In this document: positions 25,461 through 31,644 of the stretch, in pieces | Layout: each line of letters begins with the position of its first letter | Numbering within the stretch: position 1 is the first letter of the stretch | IMG/VR virus record: IMGVR_UViG_3300042898_000958 | Length of the DNA stretch: 36,273 bases | DNA from: a virus | Reading direction: 5' to 3' (one strand) | Program-made: the position numbers and the translations under genes | Notes under the pieces: model-generated | Database searches by the model: none | Told to the model about the DNA's origin: nothing | The model's input: only the letters and a program-made list of their open reading frames with translations

Positions 25461-25969
25461 ATTAATCCTTCGTTTGTTAATTTTTCATACCATTCTTGGC
25501 AATGTTTTTCATTTTCAAATTCTATATTTAAAAACCATTTTTCATTATTTTCATATCCGCTTGGTATTATTTCTTCATATTCTGGTATAACTGGCAAATC
25601 CAAACCCCATTCAACTAATAACTCTTCATCCCAATCATTCGCTAAGTCATCCCAATTCCACTCTCCAAAACCTACGTTGTCCTTGATTATAAATTCTTTC
25701 TTTTGGTCTTCGGTTAAGTCTTTTGCAAAAATAGTTGGCACATCTTTTAATCCTAATTCTTGGCAGGCTTTCAATCTCATGTTGCCACCTAATACGATAT
25801 TGTTTTCATCTATAACAATAGGTCGCAGTTCTAACATTTGCGGAAAGTCTTTTATTGATTGTACTAACTTTTTAAACTTGTCATCCTTAATCAAACGTGG
25901 ATTGTTTGGATTAACTTTTACTTCGTTTATTGCTACCTTTGTTATTTTCATATCTTCGTTATTTAACAT
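25442..25969 (-). CDS. ParB/Srx N-terminal-domain protein
   Basis: VKVNPNNPRLI...LVQSIKDFPQMLELRPIVID..NIVLGGNMRLKACQELGL is ParB box I/II-like (G..R..A). The first ATG is at 25969; an alternative ATG is at 25951 and a TTG at 26008. The 3' end overlaps the ATPase gene by 19 nt. Confidence 0.7.
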   Translation of the reverse strand: MLNNEDMKITKVAINEVKVNPNNPRLIKDDKFKKLVQSIKDFPQMLELRPIVIDENNIVLGGNMRLKACQELGLKDVPTIFAKDLTEDQKKEFIIKDNVGFGEWNWDDLANDWDEELLVEWGLDLPVIPEYEEIIPSGYENNEKWFLNIEFENEKHCQEWYEKLTNEGLICKIVQ

Positions 25970-26036
25970 ACGCCTCGAATAGTTCCCACATCTTTTCGGG
26001 CGTTTCAATGTTCTTTGTTCCGTGTGGTCTTGCCAT
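25959..26036 (-). pseudogene. 25-codon ORF resembling the N-terminus of a gp3/TerS-type packaging protein (possible remnant)
   Basis: MARPHGTKNIETPEKMWELFEAYVK then TAA. It starts 1 nt after the stop of the upstream gene. The motif RP....tPE.mw.lF..Y is typical of small-terminase N-termini as I recall them. Confidence 0.3.
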
Positions 26037-26037
26037 G

Positions 26038-26379
26038 TTAATTTCTTATTGTGTATGTAAATTGTTCGCTATCTGATCCTGCAAAGACAAAGCTATCTTT
26101 TATCGTTACCATTATTTGAGCATGTTCCCAATTATCATAAGACATAACAGTTATAACTGCGCTATCGTTAACCGTAAACGTTGTATCAAACGTTGTATGA
26201 AAGTTTTTAAAAACCATTACGCCATTTATAAACGTTCGGTTATAACCTCCAGTTGTGTATGTGCTTACTGTATATTCAACACCTTTTTTAACTATTGGTA
26301 GTTGTGGTGTTGCCTGTAAAATAGCCTCTTCTTTTTTGCATGAGCAAAACAAAAGTAAAATTATTATTATGGTCCTCAT
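26038..26379 (-). CDS. Lipoprotein, possibly surface-exposed (superinfection-exclusion candidate)
   Basis: Signal MRTIIIILLLFCS-C, then KKEE directly after the Cys, which is a K-(D/E)2 lipoprotein export signal-like motif of Bacteroidota. Confidence 0.6.
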   Translation of the reverse strand: MRTIIIILLLFCSCKKEEAILQATPQLPIVKKGVEYTVSTYTTGGYNRTFINGVMVFKNFHTTFDTTFTVNDSAVITVMSYDNWEHAQIMVTIKDSFVFAGSDSEQFTYTIRN

Positions 26380-26678
26380 TATTGTTTTGGTCTCCTTCTT
26401 TGTTTTACAATAGGTTCATCTTTCTGTTTCACTATGTTCGCCTCGTGATTATCTAACCACCGATTCAAATTGTTTATAGCAGATATTTTACAGCCCGAAC
26501 ATTCACCCACTCGCACTCCTGTAATCTCATGGCTTAGGCTTGCTATTTGCATAAGTTGCTCAGGTGTTCCAACCCAGTTACCACACTCGTTTTTAAAAAT
26601 ACGGATAACTTCCAGTGTAGTAAACGGAGCGTTTGTCTTTGATTTAAGACTATCATATATTTCTTCGTATGTCATCAT
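26379..26678 (-). CDS. Cys-containing small protein, unknown
   Basis: The start MMTYEE at 26678 overlaps the upstream TGA (ATGA). It contains GECSGC. The track start at 26726 would overlap the upstream gene by 52 nt. Confidence 0.5.
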   Translation of the reverse strand: MMTYEEIYDSLKSKTNAPFTTLEVIRIFKNECGNWVGTPEQLMQIASLSHEITGVRVGECSGCKISAINNLNRWLDNHEANIVKQKDEPIVKQRRRPKQ

Positions 26679-26923
26679 AAAATAGTTAGTATTCGTTTGG
26701 TTATTATTGCAAAGTAAGCAGCCCATCCACCGTATGCAAATGGCTCTAATATCTTTAAATCGTTAACAAATATACTTAAAATAAAATAAAGCGTTACAAC
26801 CCAAAATGATAAACAAACATTGCAATTAAACGGTTTAAAGTTTATCCATTTTGGTAGTTGAGTAAGTGAAAAAAAAGAGGTGAACACCATTGATACACCT
26901 ATTGATGTTATTATTTCTGTCAT
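26675..26923 (-). CDS. Small integral membrane protein (~3 TMD)
   Basis: Hydrophobic throughout (IGVSMVFTSFFSL, LSFWVVTLYFILSIF, GGWAAYFAII). It is ATGA-coupled on both sides. Confidence 0.6.
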   Translation of the reverse strand: MTEIITSIGVSMVFTSFFSLTQLPKWINFKPFNCNVCLSFWVVTLYFILSIFVNDLKILEPFAYGGWAAYFAIITKRILTIL

Positions 26924-27990
26924 TTTAATATGTCGTTATATGCTTCTAATCGTTTATTTGCTACTATTTTAATATGATACTGCTGGACGTCTTCGTGCAA
27001 CTGATTTGCTAAGTCTTCAACCATCGAACGGTTTTTAATTAGTTTAGTCATTTGAGTATACCAACCTTTTTTATTTTGAACCTTTAAACAGTTAGCATTG
27101 GTTAACATATCTGAATAAGGTTCAACGTCTGATACTATTGCTGCTTTCTTTTTAAAGCCTGATTCTAATAACTTTAGATTTGACTTTAGATTGTTAAACC
27201 TGTTATCCCTTAAAGGTATTAATGATACATCTATAAGATCGTAAAAGTTAGCATAATTAAACACATCTGTTGCTGCGAATGTGGCAAATATACTTTCATT
27301 TGCTATTCCTTTACAGCTTAATGCTCCTAATATTTGATTTGAGTAAGTATCTTTTTTTTCATGCCCACCATAAACGAAATTAAACCTTGTGTTAAATTCG
27401 GATTTATAAAGACTGTAAAGGCTATCATGCATCAACATAACGTCCTCAAAGTGAGTGATACTTCCACTCCAGCCAAATGTAACATGTTTATTTTGCGTTG
27501 GTTTGTTTGCAAATTGATCATGTGCAGGATTTATCCCATTGGGTACTACATATATATTTCTATTCCCCGTTTCTGAACGTATCACATCGGCTATCTTATC
27601 GTGAGTAGTTGTTATAGCATCAGCGTGCATTAAGCCAAAGAATATACGCTCTGCATGCTTTTCTTTAGTGTACTTTTGGTATAGTATATGCCATTGAGGG
27701 ATCCTGTAATCATCATCTATATCAATAACTAATTTTGCACCGCTTTGTTTGATTCTAGTCATTATAGCCTGCGAATCACCAACCCTACTAATGTAACGAT
27801 TAACAACTACTAAATCAAATTGGCTAAAAAACTCAACGGTCACATCTTCGATTGAATTGATTTGTGAAATTTCAATATCATTGGCTAAATAGTTATGAGG
27901 TGTAAGTAGCCTATGATAGTCTACACCTGAGTAATTTGCTTTTTCAAAGTTATTCTTTGGACCTGATGGAATTACTACTAATACTTTCAT
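26920..27990 (-). CDS. Glycosyltransferase (GT-B fold, GT1/GT4-like)
   Basis: 356 aa. VLVVIPSG..., IDIDDDY, VVPNGINP, and the C-terminal SNLKLLESGFKKKAAIVSD resemble the EX7E region of retaining GT-B enzymes. Confidence 0.5.
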   Translation of the reverse strand: MKVLVVIPSGPKNNFEKANYSGVDYHRLLTPHNYLANDIEISQINSIEDVTVEFFSQFDLVVVNRYISRVGDSQAIMTRIKQSGAKLVIDIDDDYRIPQWHILYQKYTKEKHAERIFFGLMHADAITTTHDKIADVIRSETGNRNIYVVPNGINPAHDQFANKPTQNKHVTFGWSGSITHFEDVMLMHDSLYSLYKSEFNTRFNFVYGGHEKKDTYSNQILGALSCKGIANESIFATFAATDVFNYANFYDLIDVSLIPLRDNRFNNLKSNLKLLESGFKKKAAIVSDVEPYSDMLTNANCLKVQNKKGWYTQMTKLIKNRSMVEDLANQLHEDVQQYHIKIVANKRLEAYNDILK

Positions 27991-28442
27991 CTTATGTTTT
28001 TTAGTTTTTCTTTTACTGAGCGTAATGCCGAATAACTTATGCCAGTTTCTTTTTGAACCTTTTTCATGTTTCCAAGTTTCGTATAGAGTATTGTTATTCT
28101 GTTTTCAAACTCGCTCATGCTTAGCATAATGTCTTCAACCGTATTTAGGCTGTCTGTTTCAGTTGTTTCAATTTCTATCAAGTGAAGTTTCTCAATCGGT
28201 ATATCATATTCTTTACTGAAAAGTTTACCTATCTTTCCATTTTTACTTATTGTATTCTTTGCCACACAATAAAACCATATAGGCAAATGTTGTTCACTTG
28301 GTAGCCTTTCTTCTTTAATAGTTAAAATTTGTTCGCACACTTCTTGAAACAAATCGTCCGCAAAGTCACGTGATATAGATACACATATACGCTTATAATT
28401 GCTATTGCTAATAATCTTTTCTATGAGTTGATGCCTATACAC
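27987..28442 (-). CDS. ECF-type sigma-70 family sigma factor
   Basis: Region 2-like DFADDLFQEVCEQIL...WFYCVAKNTI, and region 4 HTH LGNMKKVQKETGISYSALRSVKEKL. GTG start. Confidence 0.6.
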   Translation of the reverse strand: MYRHQLIEKIISNSNYKRICVSISRDFADDLFQEVCEQILTIKEERLPSEQHLPIWFYCVAKNTISKNGKIGKLFSKEYDIPIEKLHLIEIETTETDSLNTVEDIMLSMSEFENRITILYTKLGNMKKVQKETGISYSALRSVKEKLKNIR

Positions 28443-28494
28443 ATGACAAATATAAACAAAAGCTAATGAAATAAAACGGTTACAAATTTACCCA

Positions 28495-28519
28495 AGTTCG
28501 GAGTGCCGAACTATCGGCA
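28495..28519 (-). promoter_or_regulatory. Two mutually exclusive hairpins upstream of the sigma gene
   Basis: In sense orientation, TGCCGA-TAGT-TCGGCA (28519-28504) and AGTTCGG-CACT-CCGAACT (28512-28495) share 9 nt. Confidence 0.3.
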
Positions 28520-28542
28520 GTTTTTGCGTTAGCAGCAAGTTT

Positions 28543-28812
28543 TTAAACTTTTTCTGCCATCGCACGTTGTTTCGCTTCAAACTTTTCAAGTTCTTCTTTG
28601 AAATTGTGCATTGCTGAAATCATACAGGTCAATCCGCCTTCATAATTTGCAATCCATTCATCCCAACCATACGAGCATTTAATATCGTGCAGTTTTCCTC
28701 TTGTTTTATTAATTTCGCAACGGAGTTCTTCAATTAATTCACTCATTGGCTTATCCATTTCTTCTGCACTTTTGTAGTAGATTGGATTTCTGTCTTTGTT
28801 TATTCGTTCCAT
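28543..28812 (-). CDS. Hypothetical early protein
   Basis: 89-aa ORF flanked by intergenic elements. Confidence 0.55.
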   Translation of the reverse strand: MERINKDRNPIYYKSAEEMDKPMSELIEELRCEINKTRGKLHDIKCSYGWDEWIANYEGGLTCMISAMHNFKEELEKFEAKQRAMAEKV

Positions 28813-28991
28813 TATTATATTTTTTAGTTGTTAATTCCTACGCTCAAAAAGTTTAAAAACCAGACTGCTAACAGCACCTTTACGCAATGGGTGGTTCTGT
28901 GCATTTTTTGAAGTTTTTTCTTTAGACATAATTTTGTGCTTTTAATTTAGTGCAGTGGTTAAAAGCCCCCACTGCGTAAGGCTGCAAACCG

Positions 28992-29303
28992 TTAGCAGAT
29001 ATGTTTGCCAACAATCCACTTACCGACAATCCAGTCGTGACTATTTCGATTTCCTACATTGAACATTCTGTGACAAGTATGATTGTGTATGCAATGCTCA
29101 AAGACAACCGATTTGCCTTCATTGTGCTTAACAATATAATCAGCATCATAAAACTCAGACCATCCCGTTTTGCGGTCATATCTTTGAGCAAATCTAATAG
29201 TCACTTTATCCCCGATTTTAAGTTCATCCAACGAAAACACATCTGCTAACAAGCGGTTAGCGTCATTGCCGTTTTCGTGGTTAATTGAAGTTTTGTTTTC
29301 CAT
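28992..29303 (-). CDS. Hypothetical early protein
   Basis: ATG at 29303 (MENKTSINHE...). The track extension to 29381 starts at TTG and reads through the intergenic repeat. Confidence 0.55.
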   Translation of the reverse strand: MENKTSINHENGNDANRLLADVFSLDELKIGDKVTIRFAQRYDRKTGWSEFYDADYIVKHNEGKSVVFEHCIHNHTCHRMFNVGNRNSHDWIVGKWIVGKHIC

Positions 29304-29383
29304 ATCAAATTTTGTTTTTAAGTTTAAATTTTGTGTTCCAAAGTCGGCAACGAACGCCAACCGCCAAACCGTTAGTGGCAACC

Positions 29384-29707
29384 CTAAGAAACCACGTAGA
29401 TAGCCGTTGGACGTTCATATTCTTTTATTCCCTTTTCGCCTTGACCTTCAGTAGTCCAATCTGGAACGCTACCTGTGTTTATCGTATCACATTCCACAAT
29501 GTACATCACTTGACATCCCATAATTATCATTTCCCCAATTTCTATGAACCAATTTGCGTGTGAACGATTAGGAATAAATCCAAGCGTTTTTCCAGCTTCG
29601 TGTACTGCTTTTAGCGTCCCGTGAACAGCTTTGTATTGTTTGCCATCTTTTCCATAAAACCAACCTTGTGTGGTTACTAATACCTTTTTGTTTATGAAAT
29701 TTTGCAT
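29384..29707 (-). CDS. Hypothetical early protein
   Basis: 107-aa ORF. Its stop TAG is followed by GGTTGCCACTAACGGTT. Confidence 0.55.
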   Translation of the reverse strand: MQNFINKKVLVTTQGWFYGKDGKQYKAVHGTLKAVHEAGKTLGFIPNRSHANWFIEIGEMIIMGCQVMYIVECDTINTGSVPDWTTEGQGEKGIKEYERPTAIYVVS

Positions 29708-29749
29708 ATTTTTAAGTTTTGTATTTCAATTAAAGTTTGGTTAGGGCTT

Positions 29750-29761
29750 CTTCGCCAAGCC
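29750..29761 (-). repeat. Post-stop element part B 12-mer (sense GGCTTGGCGAAG)
   Basis: cttcgccaagcc is also at 30467-30478 and 32508-32519. Confidence 0.85.
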
Positions 29762-29770
29762 AGATACCAA

Positions 29771-30004
29771 TTAAACAGACGGTATTAAATCACCTGTATA
29801 AAATGCGTCCAAATCACTTTTAAACCATTCAGGATGTTCATCAACCCAAACATCTAAAGCTTGATGCTTGTAATTGTTTGGATTTTTCCATTTATCCATC
29901 TCCGTTTCTTTGTGAATAATTATCTGGACTTCTCCAATTTTTGTATGTGTATGACGGTTTTGAATATCATACATTAAAGAAATGTGTTGCTTTGCTAAAC
30001 TCAT
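29771..30004 (-). CDS. Hypothetical early protein
   Basis: 77-aa ORF. TAATTTTG (TAnnTTTG) lies 4 nt upstream of the ATG. Confidence 0.55.
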   Translation of the reverse strand: MSLAKQHISLMYDIQNRHTHTKIGEVQIIIHKETEMDKWKNPNNYKHQALDVWVDEHPEWFKSDLDAFYTGDLIPSV

Positions 30005-30144
30005 TTTACAAAATTAACTTCTGCCAACAATATATTGCCAATAGTGGGGCAGACGTGCCACTATTGAGCATTGGTACTACTATTAAACTTTGTGTTGTGG
30101 CGGTTTAGTAGTGCCTTGAAATCCCCGCCATCGGCAATATTTGG

Positions 30145-30163
30145 AACGTTATGTGCAAGGCTA
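30145..30163 (-). repeat. Post-stop element part A (19-mer identical to 4231-4249)
   Basis: aacgttatgtgcaaggcta, including the TAG stop of ORF 30161..30358. Confidence 0.85.
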
Positions 30164-30358
30164 AGATTCAATCTCCGTAATGACTAACCCTCGTAAATCA
30201 AGTTTATAGTCCTTAACTTTATCTTTGTTTTGAATATTTTTAGCCCATTCAATAATTTCGTTCAATGTTGTAAATTCATTAAACACTCTTTCTTGCCATA
30301 CATTTCTCCATTCATCCTCGTTTACTCGAATAGTTCTTTCAAATTTTACTAATATCAT
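30161..30358 (-). CDS. Hypothetical early protein (65 aa)
   Basis: ORF bracketed by inverted GTTATGTGC 9-mers (30148-30156 and 30398-30406). Confidence 0.55.
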   Translation of the reverse strand: MILVKFERTIRVNEDEWRNVWQERVFNEFTTLNEIIEWAKNIQNKDKVKDYKLDLRGLVITEIES

Positions 30359-30882
30359 TTCGTTTTCAAATTAAATTCAGTGCTGATAAACCGCCCAGCA
30401 CATAACAGCGGTTTGGCAAAAGCTGCCATAAACATTGTGCGAACTTTGAACTTTCCTTTAGGCAGCCTTCGCCAAGCCGCAAAACGGTGGCAACCGTTAA
30501 GATTACCACGTTCCACAATTTCACCAGCATATATTTTGACTGTTCCCTTTTTAGTTGTGACTTTTAAGCCGTTTGAAAAATCAACTGAATAAGGATTTGT
30601 TTCAATTTCCCACCCCCTAAACTTTGCTATGAAATATGGTTTATCACTTCCATATCCATTTACAAACTTTATCAGATCATACTTTTTCCCTTGCAACCTT
30701 GACAAAATCCATTTTGACGGCTCTCGATATTCAGTTGATTTTTCACCAGTCACCATAACTTCAAATGGCATCTTTGAAAGCGTTAAGTGAAGAATACGGC
30801 AGCCACCAACAGCACTCTTGCTCATCACGGGTTTCATGCTTTCAAAGGGTGTTCCTTCGTTAAAATAATCTTCTGTTTTCAT
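30355..30882 (-). CDS. ASCH-domain-like protein with a C-terminal extension translated from the intergenic repeat
   Basis: ATG at 30882 (MKTEDYF). LHLTLSKMPFEVMVTGEKSTEYRE...IKFVNGYG is ASCH-like. The last ~45 codons (from ~30497) read through parts A and B of the repeat to a TGA that overlaps the next ATG. Confidence 0.55.
   Translation of the reverse strand: MKTEDYFNEGTPFESMKPVMSKSAVGGCRILHLTLSKMPFEVMVTGEKSTEYREPSKWILSRLQGKKYDLIKFVNGYGSDKPYFIAKFRGWEIETNPYSVDFSNGLKVTTKKGTVKIYAGEIVERGNLNGCHRFAAWRRLPKGKFKVRTMFMAAFAKPLLCAGRFISTEFNLKTK
30366..30377 (-). promoter_or_regulatory. Early start-module 12-mer (sense AATTTAATTTGA)
   Basis: 8 nt upstream of the ATG at 30358. Confidence 0.4.
30408..30480 (-). 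repeat. 73-nt inverted repeat/long hairpin (20-bp arms, 33-nt loop)
   Basis: In sense orientation, GCGGCTTGGCGAAGGCTGCC pairs with GGCAGCTTTTGCCAAACCGC: 17 Watson-Crick pairs, 2 G:U and 1 mismatch. The antisense strand pairs worse (1 wobble, 2 mismatches). Confidence 0.7.
30467..30478 (-). repeat. Post-stop element part B 12-mer
   Basis: cttcgccaagcc. Confidence 0.85.
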
Positions 30883-30929
30883 ACTATAAATTTTACTTGT
30901 TAAGCCCGCACTTCGCAAGGCTGCAGGCG

Positions 30930-31205
30930 TTATAAGCCATTTAGGACAGCCCGTAATTCAGAAACTTCAATCTGTAATTTGCTTATAAAATCTGTAACCC
31001 ATTTCTGTTGTTTATAATCATTACACACCGGCATTCCATTGCTTACCTTTCTCGTTTTTTCTCTTTGACATTGGTTAGTCATCCACAAATCACAACTGCC
31101 ACAAACTTTAGGTAGTTCATTTATCTTTTGTTCCTTAGCCCTAATATTGTCTATAATTTGACGCCTATTATCTGCCTTTGCAATAAAGTCCCATATATCA
31201 TTCAT
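30930..31205 (-). CDS. Cys-rich small protein (possible Zn finger)
   Basis: CGSCDLWMTNQC...PVCNDY. 91 aa. Confidence 0.55.
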   Translation of the reverse strand: MNDIWDFIAKADNRRQIIDNIRAKEQKINELPKVCGSCDLWMTNQCQREKTRKVSNGMPVCNDYKQQKWVTDFISKLQIEVSELRAVLNGL

Positions 31206-31211
31206 TGTTTT

Positions 31212-31223
31212 TCAAATTAAATT
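31212..31223 (-). promoter_or_regulatory. Early start-module 12-mer (sense AATTTAATTTGA), overlapping the XRE gene's stop
   Basis: 7 nt upstream of the ATG at 31205. Confidence 0.35.
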
Positions 31224-31415
31224 TATCGTAAGTTGACAATTTAAAGCTTCTGCAATTGCGCTTAAATTGTTAATTGACACATTAGCACTACCACGCTCTA
31301 TTGAACCGATTGTTACCACGCTTAAATTAGCTTTAGCAGCTAATTCTTTTTGGCTAAGTTTTGCAGTTAGGCGAACGATTCGTATTCGTTCGCCTAGTAT
31401 TTTTAAGTTAGTCAT
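31212..31415 (-). CDS. XRE/Cro-type HTH transcriptional regulator
   Basis: LGERIRIVRLTAKLSQKELAAKANLSVVTIGSIERGSANVSINNLSAIAEAL is a canonical HTH_3 pattern. Confidence 0.85.
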   Translation of the reverse strand: MTNLKILGERIRIVRLTAKLSQKELAAKANLSVVTIGSIERGSANVSINNLSAIAEALNCQLTINLI

Positions 31416-31642
31416 TAGTATAAAAAGCCTTTTTCGTGAATGTCAATAAACTCATAATGGAACTTTTGTTCAGTTTCTGAAAGTTCAGATTTTAAAGCAA
31501 TCTCATTTTCGGTAAAAGGTTCTATTCCTAATCCAAATTGAGTTTCAGACAAATCAATAATTTCTTGTTTACTTGAAGCTAAAACTTCAATTTTTGATTG
31601 CTTATTTAAAGCCTTTGTAATTGTTACGATGTAATTGTTCAT
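31415..31642 (-). CDS. Small acidic protein (75 aa)
   Basis: 13 D/E versus 7 K/R. Its stop shares one base with the XRE ATG. Confidence 0.55.
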   Translation of the reverse strand: MNNYIVTITKALNKQSKIEVLASSKQEIIDLSETQFGLGIEPFTENEIALKSELSETEQKFHYEFIDIHEKGFLY

Positions 31643-31644
31643 AT

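Noticed and set aside
26920-27990. Glycosyltransferase as a T4-like DNA glucosyltransferase
   Set aside because: The size and GT-B fold are compatible. However, the genome encodes no dCMP/dUMP hydroxymethylase or other base-hypermodification enzyme, and the gene is coupled to envelope proteins.
28831-28929. 32-codon ORF (MSKEKTSKNAQNHPLRKGAVSSLVFKLFERRN) in the 28813-28991 spacer
   Set aside because: It is too short, has no coupling or start module, and overlaps repeat-like sequence (GCTGTTAGCAG). It is kept only as a note.
29304-29381. N-terminal extensions given by the track (29381; also 30918, 35042, 35853, 26726, 24352, 1795, 2518)
   Set aside because: These extensions start at TTG or GTG, or read through intergenic repeat elements, terminators or the upstream gene. 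A downstream ATG with tight coupling or a start module is available in each case.
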